Position numbers and translations under genes: made by a program. 64,000 nucleotides of DNA from an uncultured virus (IMG/VR IMGVR_UViG_3300025018_001528) (lineage: Duplodnaviria > Heunggongvirae > Uroviricota > Caudoviricetes): the IMG/VR virus record IMGVR_UViG_3300025018_001528; one strand, 5' to 3'. The notes below the pieces were generated by a model that ran no database searches, was not told where the DNA came from, and saw nothing but the letters and a program-made list of their open reading frames with translations. This document shows positions 1-11,429 of the stretch, one piece after another. Within the stretch, counting starts at the first letter, position 1. Every line of letters starts with the position of its first letter.

Positions 1-3
1 TTT

Positions 4-477
4 TCATTTAAATTCAACGTCCCAAAATCGCTTTATATAATTAAAGTAATCTGGGGCGATTCTCTCCTCATCTAATTTAGAAGGATCATGCGAATTACTA
101 GCTACACTAATTAACTGTGTATCATCAGTAAGTGCCATCCATCCATGCCACACACCAGGAGGGACTGTGATACATGCTGGTTTACGATCTCCAGTAACAA
201 TGACCTGATAATTGCGATATGTCGGAGAATCTTCTCGACCATCTACCAATACGAATTTCGCAGCACCATGAGAGATAAAGAACCAATCAACGAGTTCACT
301 ATGTCTATGAAAAGCCCGTACAGTACCCCTAGCGACATCACCAACTAAATACACTTGCCCAAATTTGGTAAATGTTGGGCTATCATCTCTAAGTATCTCC
401 ATTAAATACCCACGATCATCATGGTGCACAATAAGGGGCCTAACTATAACATCTTTAATTGGTGTGCTAACACTCAC
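4..477 (-). CDS. rmlC: dTDP-4-dehydrorhamnose 3,5-epimerase family (RmlC-like cupin)
   Basis: DDRGYLME, VRAFHRH, VLVDGREDSPTY and VPPGVWHGW motifs typical of RmlC. Confidence 0.85.
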   Translation of the reverse strand: MSVSTPIKDVIVRPLIVHHDDRGYLMEILRDDSPTFTKFGQVYLVGDVARGTVRAFHRHSELVDWFFISHGAAKFVLVDGREDSPTYRNYQVIVTGDRKPACITVPPGVWHGWMALTDDTQLISVASNSHDPSKLDEERIAPDYFNYIKRFWDVEFK

Positions 478-695
478 TGTCCATCTCCCTTCGCAGAACC
501 TTTTGCAACCTTAACATTTGACGGTGTCATAACAGCAATTAACCTATCAAGTTTCTCATTCAACTTCTGCAATTCCTTAACCTTTAAGGACTCAAACTGA
601 ATCCTTGCAATACCCATCTTAGCGTTTTCCATAAAAATCTCTGGAATTTCAATGTCCTCGATTGATTTAATATCCCATACATTTTTATTCTTCAT
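474..695 (-). CDS. hypothetical protein
   Basis: ORF tightly packed with neighbours (4-nt overlaps). Confidence 0.6.
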   Translation of the reverse strand: MKNKNVWDIKSIEDIEIPEIFMENAKMGIARIQFESLKVKELQKLNEKLDRLIAVMTPSNVKVAKGSAKGDGQ

Positions 696-1075
696 TTGCG
701 CTCCTTAAGAGAGGTATTTAATTCAACCCCTATTTTAGATGATATATATTTCCACAATTTCTCTTTTAATTCTTCTCTAATCCCAAGTGTCATTTTTTGA
801 ATAAACAACAGTGGAGGATGCCAATTCGGATATGTTGAATCAACACCACTATCATTTAAAACCTTAAATGCATCATCAACAGTCTTTTTAATCCTTTCAT
901 TAAGGATACCACTTATTGCTACCTGTATAGAATGTGGAGTTATCTCTCTCAATTTTTTCTCCATCTCTTCATGAATAAGTGCGGCAACTTCTGCACGTAC
1001 TACAGACTTAGTGGCGGCACCAATGTGCTGTTTTACATACTCACGTAATTCACTATCTTCAAATTTTACTTGCAT
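692..1075 (-). CDS. hypothetical protein
   Basis: 127-aa ORF abutting neighbours. Confidence 0.65.
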   Translation of the reverse strand: MQVKFEDSELREYVKQHIGAATKSVVRAEVAALIHEEMEKKLREITPHSIQVAISGILNERIKKTVDDAFKVLNDSGVDSTYPNWHPPLLFIQKMTLGIREELKEKLWKYISSKIGVELNTSLKERK

Positions 1076-1354
1076 TTAGGACCCCACTATCTCGTTAGTC
1101 CCTTCCCACAAAAATTGATCAAGTGGGAAATGATTTTTACATGTTACACAAAATGTCCCACCATAAAATTTTGGATCTCGTGCATACGTTTCTGCTAGAG
1201 CAATCCCCATCCTTGTTGTTGTCTTACATGTAAGATGTAAATAAACTTGTCGTACTGGCCTAATAAACCCTTTCTTTCGTTCTTCTTCTGATAGCACAAC
1301 ATATCCCTTTTGCTGTCCTGTTTCTGGGTTTATCTCCCGATGATCTGGAGTCAC
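1076..1354 (-). CDS. small phage protein with HxxC/CxxC pairs
   Basis: HLTCKTTT...TYARDPKFYGGTFCVTC; operon-like packing. Confidence 0.65.
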   Translation of the reverse strand: MTPDHREINPETGQQKGYVVLSEEERKKGFIRPVRQVYLHLTCKTTTRMGIALAETYARDPKFYGGTFCVTCKNHFPLDQFLWEGTNEIVGS

Positions 1355-1521
1355 AGGGCTTCCATCAGTAAGCGTTGTTTGGGCTCAGTATTAGGACACA
1401 TATTCTTATGACCATCCCTCTCAGGGAATCCACATAGAGAGCAATGAGGAAATTTCTTCAAAATGTCTCCCTTTTCCTCAGCGGTTAATTCTCTACCAAT
1501 TTCTTTCTCATCATTTACTTG
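1351..1521 (-). CDS. small zinc-finger-like hypothetical protein
   Basis: CSLCG...HKNMC; start placed at MQVND to limit overlap with nrdJ. Confidence 0.5.
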   Translation of the reverse strand, partial: QVNDEKEIGRELTAEEKGDILKKFPHCSLCGFPERDGHKNMCPNTEPKQRLLMEAL

Positions 1522-4500
1522 CATTTTGACCATCCGCAAGCCGAACATTCTATACATTTGGATTGATGAATCACCAAATTACCACACTCCGGGCAATTTT
1601 GTTTATATGTAAGCACTGACTCATATTTATATTTTGTGGGCGTACTACCCTTTGGCATTTTATATCCTATATGATTTTCTATCGCTGCACAAACTGCATC
1701 TGATAATGATGTAATAGTACGCCCACTTTTATAAAATGCCGTTTCACCAGCAGAAATCCCACGAAGTTGCTTGGTGATATATTTGGTAGACACACCACAT
1801 CTCATCAATAATGACACCAATCTACCAAGTGATTCAGCCTCTGCCGAAATTGGCGACCCAGACCTACCAGCTTTTACAATAACCTCACACAAACCAATGT
1901 CATCTTCATTCACGGTAATAAGAGCATCCCCGAATCCAAAGGGTATTTCATAAGTTCGTCCAGTCGGTGCCTCAATTCTAACCCGTGGTCCAAATCCACC
2001 ATTCTGACCCACTGGTTGGCTTTGTACACCTGAAGATAAAATCTGAGCAGATTTCGATCCATCTCTATATATCGTGACTCCTTTACATCCAAGTTTATAC
2101 GAGAGCCTGTAGGCTTCATCGATGTCTTCAATTGTTGAATCCTTCTTCATGTTAATTGTTTTACTGATAGAATTACCAGTGTGCTTCTGAAATGCAGCTT
2201 GCATTCGTACGTGCCATTCTGGCAAAATGTCATGGGCAGTAACAAATGTACGTTTTATATCATCTGGTATATTCATCTTTTGGATTGAGCCATTATGCTC
2301 ATTAAAAATAACATCAAACATATCTGGTATATTTATACTACGCCTACGCATCTCTTCATCAAAATCCGCATGCAATTCACTCAGCTTCTTATCACCAAAC
2401 GCCATACGTGTATACGCTATAGCATACACAGGTTCAATACCAGAAGATACTCCAGCGATAAGGGAGATTGATCCAGTGGGTGCAATTGTAGTAACTATAG
2501 CATTTCTACGAGCAGTACCCAATTTATCTAACTCCCAGGCTGGAAATACTCCTTTTTCTTTCCCCAATTCAACACTAACATCCATCGCCTTGGTATTGAT
2601 ATACCCCATAATATGCTCAGCTTGTTCAAGTCCTTGCATCGAATTATATTGTATCTTCATTTTAATCAGGGCATCAGCAAACCCCATTACACCGAGACCA
2701 ATCTTCCTTGTTTTCATCATCGCATCTTTAATCTCTTGCAATGGTTGCGGACTAACATCTAGAACACTGTCTAAAAATCTAACTGCCATTGGCACCGTTT
2801 TATTAATCTTATCATAGTCCCACTCATATATAATCACTCCATCAGCATCTACCTTTTTCTTTAACATCGCCACCAAATTTATTGATCCAAGACAACAACT
2901 TTCCCCAGGAAGTAACCAGGTCTCGCCACAATTAAATTTGCATATACCACTAGACCCCATAAATTTGGTATCAGTCCAGGACGTTATAATACAATAATTG
3001 TGATTGTCATCCACTGTAATGTTATACACGTCTTCGTACCCATGAAATTCAACAGACTTTACTTTATGATTCCAATACGCAACAGCCTTATCAAGTGTAC
3101 CTATAGATTTATTTGTCTGTCGTGATATCTCAATATTATGCTCCACAAGTATCTCTGCACGAATCCGGTCCCACAACTCGGCCAACGTATCAACCCCACA
3201 ACTGTTAAGCCTGAATCTTTTATGACTAGGCATCCCAGTTTCCTTATAAAATCTGTGCAGTTCTTTCCATGTCGGTAATCTTTGTTTACGAAGCACAAGC
3301 CCCTTCACCTTCCCATACCACACATCAACCGGAACCGAACCATGCTTCTTTGCAGACGGATTATTTAATCCAGCACATCCATTCTTCTCTGGATAAACAA
3401 CCATCATTGGTAGCCCGGTATCTCTACTAATCTTCTCTCTAAACCCCACTCCTTCTGGGCACCCAATTGCTCGTAACCTAAACTTAGTTGGTGTGGGAAT
3501 CCCCATTTTTTTACATAATTGAAACACATTCTCATATCCCGGGGCCCGCGTATACACTCTTAATTTTATGGCTGCTACAACTGCCTGATACCATTCGTCA
3601 ACCGGCATTGCACCACGCACACGCGACGAGGGATTATTAAGTCCTGCCATTGTTTGTCGCATTTGCTCCGCATACCCTTCTGGGTCCTTAAGCCTTAACA
3701 TTGGGTTCTTATTACCCGTAATGTCGTGAACCTCTTGATGCATTTGGTTGGTCATTTTACATAAATTACCAAATGCGTCATCTGTAGAATCACATGAGAC
3801 ATGATGTAACACATGCATTGTTGGATCAAAATTTGTGTCACCACTATAAAAATCATATATTAATTGATATTGCCGTTTGCTTCCTCGCAATCTACCATTT
3901 TTTGGCTTATGCATAGACGTCTCACATATCTGCCTATAGTCACACCCACGTTTATGCGTCACATACGTATTAAATGGTAATAAACTATCACCCGGCAATA
4001 AGTCTTTAAGAACGCGTTCACCCCCATCCCTCAATGGTATTCTATGGTCTGGTGTTGCTATCACTGTTGAATTATCATCTAATGTAAGTTTCCAGACCTC
4101 TTTTTTCTCACCAGTTAGACGTGGATTTCTACCCCACTTAATCTCTACCTGACCAGTTTTCAAATTACGTGAGTATACTGGAATATCTTTCCCCTCGGCT
4201 GTAAGCTGTTTAATACTAACAGCATTCCGTCCATCTGCCACAGCAATTAACGTTTCACCAACCACACACGGGTTTGTTCCACGCAGTTGCCCAAGGGATG
4301 GTGTTGGGTTATCCCTATTTGCTCGATCAAGCCACAATATACCCGGATCACCAATACGCCAAGCCATAGCTACAATTTTATCCCACACATCTTTTGCATC
4401 TAACTCGCCCGCCTTTTCCCTGTTCCCATACACAGGAAAATACAAATTATATTTTTTACCTTCATCTTTAGCCTTCATAAACTCATCAGTAATAGCTACT

Positions 4501-5075
4501 GAAATGTTCATATTTTGCGCAGCACCAGAATGCTTCATATTAATGAATTCAAGAATATCTGGATGATGAACAGATAAGACACCCATGTTCGCAGATGGCC
4601 TAATCCCACCCTGGTCTACCACAGACATGGAATCAGCATAGATCTTAATGAACTGCACTACACCGCGTGTCTTATACCCCGTAGACTTAATGAGGGTATC
4701 ACGTGGTCTGACATTCGACCAATCCATACCGACACCACCACCAGCCTTCTGTATTAATGCTGCCTTACGGTAAACGCTAAATATATCATCTAATGAGTCA
4801 CCAACATCTAGTAGATAACATGCTGCATAGGCACACCCATTATTAGTGCCAGCATTTACTAATGTTGGCGTATTTGGCAAGAATTCTAAATTAGCCATCA
4901 TATTAGTATATGCTTCAATTAACTCTTCCTTCTTCTTCTTAGGAAGTTCTTCACCACTTGCTATATCCTTGGCTACTCGTGAAAATAATTCCTCAGGTGT
5001 CTCGTGGGTTGATCCCTTCTTACGAAGATACCGTTTTCTAAGTACTGTTAATCCGTTTGGACTGATAGTATTCAA
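1515..5075 (-). CDS. nrdJ: class II (B12-dependent) ribonucleotide reductase, intein-containing
   Basis: [21 protein letters not shown]...[47 protein letters not shown]-terminal CPECG...CSACGWSKC. Confidence 0.95.
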   Translation of the reverse strand: MNTISPNGLTVLRKRYLRKKGSTHETPEELFSRVAKDIASGEELPKKKKEELIEAYTNMMANLEFLPNTPTLVNAGTNNGCAYAACYLLDVGDSLDDIFSVYRKAALIQKAGGGVGMDWSNVRPRDTLIKSTGYKTRGVVQFIKIYADSMSVVDQGGIRPSANMGVLSVHHPDILEFINMKHSGAAQNMNISVAITDEFMKAKDEGKKYNLYFPVYGNREKAGELDAKDVWDKIVAMAWRIGDPGILWLDRANRDNPTPSLGQLRGTNPCVVGETLIAVADGRNAVSIKQLTAEGKDIPVYSRNLKTGQVEIKWGRNPRLTGEKKEVWKLTLDDNSTVIATPDHRIPLRDGGERVLKDLLPGDSLLPFNTYVTHKRGCDYRQICETSMHKPKNGRLRGSKRQYQLIYDFYSGDTNFDPTMHVLHHVSCDSTDDAFGNLCKMTNQMHQEVHDITGNKNPMLRLKDPEGYAEQMRQTMAGLNNPSSRVRGAMPVDEWYQAVVAAIKLRVYTRAPGYENVFQLCKKMGIPTPTKFRLRAIGCPEGVGFREKISRDTGLPMMVVYPEKNGCAGLNNPSAKKHGSVPVDVWYGKVKGLVLRKQRLPTWKELHRFYKETGMPSHKRFRLNSCGVDTLAELWDRIRAEILVEHNIEISRQTNKSIGTLDKAVAYWNHKVKSVEFHGYEDVYNITVDDNHNYCIITSWTDTKFMGSSGICKFNCGETWLLPGESCCLGSINLVAMLKKKVDADGVIIYEWDYDKINKTVPMAVRFLDSVLDVSPQPLQEIKDAMMKTRKIGLGVMGFADALIKMKIQYNSMQGLEQAEHIMGYINTKAMDVSVELGKEKGVFPAWELDKLGTARRNAIVTTIAPTGSISLIAGVSSGIEPVYAIAYTRMAFGDKKLSELHADFDEEMRRRSINIPDMFDVIFNEHNGSIQKMNIPDDIKRTFVTAHDILPEWHVRMQAAFQKHTGNSISKTINMKKDSTIEDIDEAYRLSYKLGCKGVTIYRDGSKSAQILSSGVQSQPVGQNGGFGPRVRIEAPTGRTYEIPFGFGDALITVNEDDIGLCEVIVKAGRSGSPISAEAESLGRLVSLLMRCGVSTKYITKQLRGISAGETAFYKSGRTITSLSDAVCAAIENHIGYKMPKGSTPTKYKYESVLTYKQNCPECGNLVIHQSKCIECSACGWSKCK
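2931..4268 (-). mobile_element. intein (446 aa) in NrdJ with an HNH-type endonuclease domain
   Basis: Begins CVVGET after TNP; block B ATPDH; block [13 protein letters not shown]; ends KFN before the catalytic CGE; internal VLHH...D..GNL...H..VH. Confidence 0.9.
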
Positions 5076-5129
5076 TCTATATCCCCCTAGATCTATTTAG
5101 ACGGTCTAATCCTATTGAAGACACCCTAC

Positions 5130-5594
5130 TCATACTAAATCACCCACAAACCCGCCAGTACTCCCAAAGCCACTATCTCCTCTTTCTGTCTTTGGCAATA
5201 CATCAACATAAGTCACATTAAATGAGACTTTTGGGTATACTATTAATTGGGCCAACCTTTCACCCCTTTTAATCACAACGTCATATTTGTTTGGGTTAAG
5301 AATGAATACTTTAAGCTCTCCAGTATAATCTTCATCAATTACCCCCTCAATTACTAACAATTTCTTCTTAGCAAAAGTAGACGAACGCGACTTGATACCA
5401 GCCCAAGTTCCCCAGGGCAATTTTACCGCTATCCCACATGGGATATCTATAATTTGCCCAGCAGAAATAACCATCTGGTCTTCCTTAATACACACAGCTA
5501 AATCTAAACCAACATCCCCGGGCTTTGCTGGTCTCAACTCGGGTGGTTTAAATGGTGCATCTTCCAATACCTTCACCAATAAACGATCACTCAT
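5130..5594 (-). CDS. dut: trimeric dUTPase
   Basis: GDVGLDL, SRSS, GVIDEDYTGE, RLAQL, RGDSGFGSTG motifs. Confidence 0.93.
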   Translation of the reverse strand: MSDRLLVKVLEDAPFKPPELRPAKPGDVGLDLAVCIKEDQMVISAGQIIDIPCGIAVKLPWGTWAGIKSRSSTFAKKKLLVIEGVIDEDYTGELKVFILNPNKYDVVIKRGERLAQLIVYPKVSFNVTYVDVLPKTERGDSGFGSTGGFVGDLV

Positions 5595-5595
5595 C

Positions 5596-6078
5596 CTATC
5601 CCTCCTCCAATAAAGTAACTGTATCATCTAAAGGTAATACATCAAAGATATTACCTAATAATCTACTTCTATATACCTGAGAAATTTGTTTATTTAAAGC
5701 CTTTCCAAATTCCTCAATATCAGTAATCCATTCAGAATGAACCTGACCAACTAACCATCTTGTATATAAAGACAAGCGAACCCCAGGCTCTGCATAAAAT
5801 ATCATACGTTTTTTATTATTTAATGCCCAGATAGACTCCATCCACATCCCACACGTTTTTGAAGCATTCAAATAAAATACCACAATATCTGAACGCATCA
5901 TAGCTTCCATATTAACATCAACTAGATATTTTGGATCTGCTTCTCCTCTAACCTTAAACGCCATCCCAGGCCTAAACAAAATAACTGGAACATCGTCAAC
6001 GATAAGCCCATCTATGATATCATAATAAGTCCTTTCATTAAAATCAACAGGACCAGCTAAATAAAGCGACACTCCCAT
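5596..6078 (-). CDS. nucleoside 2-deoxyribosyltransferase / dNMP N-glycosidase-like protein
   Basis: N-terminal LYLAGP, SDIVVFYL, GMWME (catalytic Glu position). Confidence 0.6.
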   Translation of the reverse strand: MGVSLYLAGPVDFNERTYYDIIDGLIVDDVPVILFRPGMAFKVRGEADPKYLVDVNMEAMMRSDIVVFYLNASKTCGMWMESIWALNNKKRMIFYAEPGVRLSLYTRWLVGQVHSEWITDIEEFGKALNKQISQVYRSRLLGNIFDVLPLDDTVTLLEEG

Positions 6079-6639
6079 TTATCCCTCCATCGTACTAAGT
6101 AATGTAAGCAATCTATCGACCTCTAATGAAGTATCCCCATCTATAATCGAATCAATAAATCTTATCTTACTAGGGGCCAACACTTCAAGGCACATATTGG
6201 CAATATATTTCATATTATCCTCGTCCTTAGAGACCCTTTTTAATATTATATCGTGACTGTCGTAATCGTCACGACCTCTTTTAATAAGTCGTTTGATTCT
6301 TTTAATCGTAGGCGCGTCAATATATACCACGCTCCATAAATATTTCGACATGTTTTCGTTAATCCATCTGACTTGTCCACTAGTTCTTGGGACCCCATCA
6401 ACAATAATAATCTGACTAGACGTAGTGTTAATTCTATCATTTATGACCCCCATAATTGCATCATCATTATAATAAAGGTCACCATTGGCCAGGTCTTTAT
6501 GAGCATCTGCCAAGCTTCTTACTATGTCTCCAGAACTTATAAATTCTACTCCTACTATACTGGCAATTTGTTTTGAAATAGTGGTCTTACCACTTCCAGC
6601 AGGGCCAATAACCCAGAGAAGCTTTTTAAATTTGTTCAT
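6079..6639 (-). CDS. adenylate kinase-like nucleoside monophosphate kinase
   Basis: GPAGSGKTT P-loop, SSGDIVR, IVDGVPRT..Q, RGRDD. Confidence 0.85.
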   Translation of the reverse strand: MNKFKKLLWVIGPAGSGKTTISKQIASIVGVEFISSGDIVRSLADAHKDLANGDLYYNDDAIMGVINDRINTTSSQIIIVDGVPRTSGQVRWINENMSKYLWSVVYIDAPTIKRIKRLIKRGRDDYDSHDIILKRVSKDEDNMKYIANMCLEVLAPSKIRFIDSIIDGDTSLEVDRLLTLLSTMEG

Positions 6640-7355
6640 TTGTTTATTAACTCCATGTATTTTTTCATATTGTGGTTCCAACATAATACTTGAAACTCAG
6701 TAGGATAGTTATTATCGATTAACCATTTATACAATTTTACTCCACCAGTAATACCCTCTTCTTTTCTATGTTTATTCCCATTATTATTAATGTGGTCAAT
6801 ACAAAGCATATCAATGTCAGTAATTTGACAATATTTATGCGCACATATCGGCACACCAATAATAATAGAATAATGGGACATAACCTCAAATTTTAATAAT
6901 TTATTTGTTATTTTTCGTTTTTCTGATATCTCTTCTTTGTTTTTGTTGTATCTCATCTCGTTACACTTTCTATAACGATCTATATTATTTTGATAATGTC
7001 TTTTACTGCATTCGCTCCTTTTAACTTTATCTCTTCGCTGTCTTTTTTCTTTACATCTTGGCGTCTTTTCATACTCAATATTTCTTTTAGACTTACATTC
7101 TTTACATTCTGATTCTAACCCATCTGATGCCCTTCTATCCTTACCAAAACCACATATAGGATTTTTCACGCCACATTTTGAACATATTTTTATTAACTTC
7201 TTTTTGTATGCCTTATTAGCCCAATCAGATGCCTTCCTATATTTAAATATTCCTTGATTCTTACACTCACTACATTGTGATTGTAATCCATCTGTTGCTC
7301 TTTTATCTTTACCAAAGTTTGATTTCTTAATCCCACATTTTGTACATGTCTTCAT
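6636..7355 (-). CDS. HNH homing endonuclease with two N-terminal zinc-finger repeats
   Basis: CTKCG...FGKDKRATDGLQSQCSEC repeated twice; IDHINNNG...QVLCWNHN. Confidence 0.85.
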   Translation of the reverse strand: MKTCTKCGIKKSNFGKDKRATDGLQSQCSECKNQGIFKYRKASDWANKAYKKKLIKICSKCGVKNPICGFGKDRRASDGLESECKECKSKRNIEYEKTPRCKEKRQRRDKVKRSECSKRHYQNNIDRYRKCNEMRYNKNKEEISEKRKITNKLLKFEVMSHYSIIIGVPICAHKYCQITDIDMLCIDHINNNGNKHRKEEGITGGVKLYKWLIDNNYPTEFQVLCWNHNMKKYMELINK

Positions 7356-7392
7356 ATACTAATTTATCGTATTAACTATATCATTAAGTAAC

Positions 7393-10032
7393 CTAGGTAT
7401 AGACAGGCACAATCTCTATATTAAGATTGATCTCCCCATCCCAATTGGCTGCTTCACCAGCCTTAAGTGATCCCAAATTGGGATCTTTATCATACATTAT
7501 ATCTACAATAATCCCAGACGGGCCCATACGTACTTTATCTATGTTCATTGTAATATTCCCACGTTTCCCACCAAATCTATTAATCTCTTCATTAGATTTC
7601 TCAGTTAAAATTACCACCTTCGCGGCATCTTGGCTTAGCTTATACGCACCACCGACACCTTCAACCGACCCGAATATCTCAGATTTATCTTTATTCTGTT
7701 GTGCTACTGTGACAATACATATTGGATCTCGTGAACTCATGGCCCTATTCTGTAATAATGAACTAGCTACATCAAGAACTTCCCACTTCTTACCAGCTCT
7801 ATTATCAGCCTTAATTAATTGGACATAATCAATAAATACATGTTTACATCCAAATTTAAGTCTGTGGTATTCTATTATACCCATAATCTCTGATATTGTA
7901 AAATTATTCGGCACAATAACATACCCTGGCGCTGCACGTAAAACCTTAAACGATTCCATCATCTTTTCCCATTCAACAGAACTTGGTGGGTATTTACCAA
8001 GTCTAATCATTGTATTTGATAACCCACAATGTATAGACATCATCCTTGTCCAAATGTCATCCCTAGACATTTCTGCCGATATAAACAATGCTGGTTCCTG
8101 AGATAGTGTAATTACATCATTAAACCAATTAACCGCCACCGAAGTCTTCCCCACACCAGTATGAGCAGCCACCATATGGACATACCCAAGCTCCAACCCA
8201 GACCATGCTGTATTGAGTGTGGCCCACCTATTACTAAGTGGCGTACCTAAAATAGTCTTACCAGACTGAGCACGTTCTATGTATAACTCTGAAAACCGAT
8301 CCGCCAAATCTTGCGTTGATGATGTTACCATCGTATTACGACGATCATTAATCTCTACTATTGCTGCACGATGTTCCTGCATAATCACATCTACCGATTT
8401 ATCTATATCCATGGACTCTGCCAACAATCTAACCGCTACCTTGCTAGCACTACGTCTCATAAATAATTCTTTAACTTGCTGAATACAAAATTCTATATCA
8501 AGATTGTGTTTCTGCAACGTACCCCAGTACTGTTGGAGTGGTTTTTTAAGTACACTAATTAAAATTTCTTCTGAAACTGTACCATATTTAGTCAAACAAG
8601 CACAGATAGTTTTATAGATATCTGCATTATTGCGCACATAAAATTCATGCTCACCGATTTCATGTCGTACAGTATAAGCAAATTCTTTGTCTTCTACCAT
8701 TAATTTAATAATGGTTGCTTCTGATTCTTTGTCATGAATATCTCTAGGATTTAACGAGTAGGTAATAAAATAATCTAATGCATCATGTATACCATACTTA
8801 ATTTCTATATGTTTAGATGCCATCTCACGATAAACAGTACTAAATTTATTAATATACTTACATACCACATCAAGAAATTTTATTTCATCCGAAAGCCCAG
8901 CATTCGTGTTGTAAGCATTATCAATATAAAAATGTATGGGATGTATATTATTGACAATATAATTATTAATCCCAGATGCACCAAATTCTTTAAGTATTTC
9001 ATCTGGGTCTCCGTTTTGCAAAACAACAAAAGACACAAATATATTACCATAAACAGTAAAATCTTCTGCAATCTTAATCAATTCTCGTTTACCAGGCTCA
9101 TCTCCATCTGGTATAAGCACCACCTCATTCACTTTATATTTGGAAATCGCATTAATAAATACCGACGATGTATATTTGGATAAGCCACAAGCCGCAACAG
9201 TATTCTTAAACCCATGTGAATACATCTGCAACAGATCAATTTGGCCTTCTACAACATTCAATTTATAACCATTTTCTCGTAACGATTTCCTAGCTATATG
9301 TAACCCATATATTGAATCTTCACTATATAACTGAGAATTTGACGATGTCCCAACATATTTTACACTACCAGAAAATGGCCTAGTATAGAAGTGTGTTGCG
9401 TGCCCACTACTACTAAACACTGGGAACACAATCGCATTATCCCACATCATTGGATTACATAGGTCAATATCCTTTAAATCTGAATATGAGATAGTTACAC
9501 CTAATTTTTTGGTTATACTCTCATGCAACCACTGTGTAGACACCGTGTAACCAATTTTAAATAGCTTTAGGGTCTCAATATCTATTTTCCGGCTCTCTAT
9601 CATAAATACAGATGAAGCACCTAGATTCCCGAGTAGTGCTTCATGGCATACATCAACAACTGCTTGATTGATTTTTGCTAAGAAAGATCGGCGGGGATCT
9701 TGCGAATCATCTAGGAAGGGAGTGAGATCAACACCGTGGCGTTCTGCTAGTAGCTGAGTGGCCTCAACTACTTCTATACCTTCTGCAAACTGAATAAAAT
9801 CAATAATACTACCGCCACGCTTACACCCAAAACAATAAAAGAAATGTTCGTGTATTTCACCTGCTATATTTACCTTGAATGATGGGTCATGCTCAGCATG
9901 GAACGGACATGCGAAACTAATATTCAAACCTTGGATTTTACCTTCTTCACCAGTATGTTGTTTGACTAAATCTAAAAGGCTTATCTTACTTTTTACTAAC
10001 TCTATTGCTCCCGAAAGATCTCTGAATTGCAT
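7393..10032 (-). CDS. DNA primase-helicase fusion (CHC2 Zn finger + TOPRIM + DnaB-like helicase)
   Basis: CPFHAEHDPSF...CFGC; VVEGQID, PDGDEPG; AAHTGVGKT, FISAEM, IDYVQL, IDKVRMG. Confidence 0.93.
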   Translation of the reverse strand: MQFRDLSGAIELVKSKISLLDLVKQHTGEEGKIQGLNISFACPFHAEHDPSFKVNIAGEIHEHFFYCFGCKRGGSIIDFIQFAEGIEVVEATQLLAERHGVDLTPFLDDSQDPRRSFLAKINQAVVDVCHEALLGNLGASSVFMIESRKIDIETLKLFKIGYTVSTQWLHESITKKLGVTISYSDLKDIDLCNPMMWDNAIVFPVFSSSGHATHFYTRPFSGSVKYVGTSSNSQLYSEDSIYGLHIARKSLRENGYKLNVVEGQIDLLQMYSHGFKNTVAACGLSKYTSSVFINAISKYKVNEVVLIPDGDEPGKRELIKIAEDFTVYGNIFVSFVVLQNGDPDEILKEFGASGINNYIVNNIHPIHFYIDNAYNTNAGLSDEIKFLDVVCKYINKFSTVYREMASKHIEIKYGIHDALDYFITYSLNPRDIHDKESEATIIKLMVEDKEFAYTVRHEIGEHEFYVRNNADIYKTICACLTKYGTVSEEILISVLKKPLQQYWGTLQKHNLDIEFCIQQVKELFMRRSASKVAVRLLAESMDIDKSVDVIMQEHRAAIVEINDRRNTMVTSSTQDLADRFSELYIERAQSGKTILGTPLSNRWATLNTAWSGLELGYVHMVAAHTGVGKTSVAVNWFNDVITLSQEPALFISAEMSRDDIWTRMMSIHCGLSNTMIRLGKYPPSSVEWEKMMESFKVLRAAPGYVIVPNNFTISEIMGIIEYHRLKFGCKHVFIDYVQLIKADNRAGKKWEVLDVASSLLQNRAMSSRDPICIVTVAQQNKDKSEIFGSVEGVGGAYKLSQDAAKVVILTEKSNEEINRFGGKRGNITMNIDKVRMGPSGIIVDIMYDKDPNLGSLKAGEAANWDGEINLNIEIVPVYT

Positions 10033-10672
10033 TCATTCTCCTCATCACTTCTTGAGTTTCCCTAGCATCTGAAAATGATATTTTCATTAACGTAACATCT
10101 AATGCACCACTACGCTTTGAACTTATCTTCTTCAAACACCTTTGGGATAAATTTATCGCTTCTGATACCCTCTGCGCCTTTATATCTTTGGCTTGCTTAT
10201 TACGTTGTAATACCGCCAAAAGGTAAGATATATTATCACCACCAGTTACACCACGTGTTTTATCTGCTGCCTGTTGTACATCTTGGATATTAAATTCTGA
10301 TCCAATATCTAAAATAGTACGTAATTCATTAAGATTAAAATCACATGTTAAAATATTCGCACATAGATAATGATACACTTGCCTGTGGTTATTTGACCAA
10401 TCCAAATTTGCTTGCTTAATCTTCCCACCTAATCTAATTATATGCCCGACTAATGAAATATAATCCTGCGATCCTACTACTGGGAGATACCATGTATGGG
10501 TATCGCCAACACCACCTTCAATCTTCTTTTTTACCTTCCACCAACTGCATAACAACGAAATCGTAAAACTATGTGCATACCATTCTACATCTGTTACCTC
10601 ATACTGAACCATAGGACATTGTTCTTGAATTTTAGACAGAAGGACCCTTGCTTGTCTAGACATCACAATCAT
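9986..10672 (-). CDS. hypothetical protein, possibly replication-associated
   Basis: 228-aa ORF directly upstream of primase-helicase. Confidence 0.6.
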   Translation of the reverse strand: MIVMSRQARVLLSKIQEQCPMVQYEVTDVEWYAHSFTISLLCSWWKVKKKIEGGVGDTHTWYLPVVGSQDYISLVGHIIRLGGKIKQANLDWSNNHRQVYHYLCANILTCDFNLNELRTILDIGSEFNIQDVQQAADKTRGVTGGDNISYLLAVLQRNKQAKDIKAQRVSEAINLSQRCLKKISSKRSGALDVTLMKISFSDARETQEVMRRMNAIQRSFGSNRVSKK

Positions 10673-10698
10673 ACAATTTACCCCAAAAACAGATGAAA

Positions 10699-10735
10699 TG
10701 CCCGCCCCTACCGATATTCTGGTAGAGGCGGGGCA
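10699..10735 (-). terminator. GC-rich hairpin, probable intrinsic terminator
   Basis: GCCCCGCCTCTACC-loop-GGTAGGGGCGGGC followed by ATTTCATCTGTTTTT on the minus strand. Confidence 0.55.
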
Positions 10736-10868
10736 CTACTTATTAAATTCTGGGCGATCTTTCATCGCACCAATATAACGATTTAATACCCAGATTCTTT
10801 GTGCTATATTTATTGACTCCGGGAAATACATTGCAACGTCAAATACACTAATATCTGCTACTGATAAC

Positions 10869-11382
10869 TTATCCTGTATCCTCGACATCCACAACCATTT
10901 GCTGCGCATGAGCTATCCTTTCTTTAACCTTATCGAGAGAAATTGGTGTGTAATCAATTTGCTCCACAGACACACATATATGGGTACCCTCAATATTAGT
11001 ATTATTCTGGTGTGTATGCCCATGAACATTTGGCAATTCTGGGTGCATTATTGGGGCATGACTAAATAACATACCATCAACAATTATTGGTTTTTTATGA
11101 GCCTTAATACCCAATTTATCCCAAAACCCAATAGATCTATGATCATGATTACCAAATATTAATTCAATATTACCTACCAATCTATATCGATAGTTCCTAA
11201 CCAATTCAGCAGATCCTAAAGAAAAATCTCCCAAATGATACACAGTATCTTCTGGAGTAACGACTGAATTCCAATTATGAACCATCCTCCCATTCATCTC
11301 ATCAACAGATGCAAAAGGCCTACCACAATACCTAATAATGTTAAAGTGACCGAAAATGCGTGTCAGCAATTAGATAAATCAT
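10869..11382 (-). pseudogene. calcineurin-like metallophosphoesterase with a 1-nt frameshift after codon 10
   Basis: MIYLIADTHF (ATG 11382) is out of frame with GHFNIIRYC...HLGDF...GNHDH...HGHTH because of an extra T at about 11353. Confidence 0.75.
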
Positions 11383-11429
11383 GCCGACCACCCCCATTAT
11401 TCTCAAATTTAACATTTCTTGAAACAAAA

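Noticed and set aside
2227..2817. Long plus-strand ORFs (also 26801-27319, 37816-38382 and others)
   Set aside because: Antisense shadows of well-supported minus-strand genes, with no motifs or RBS.
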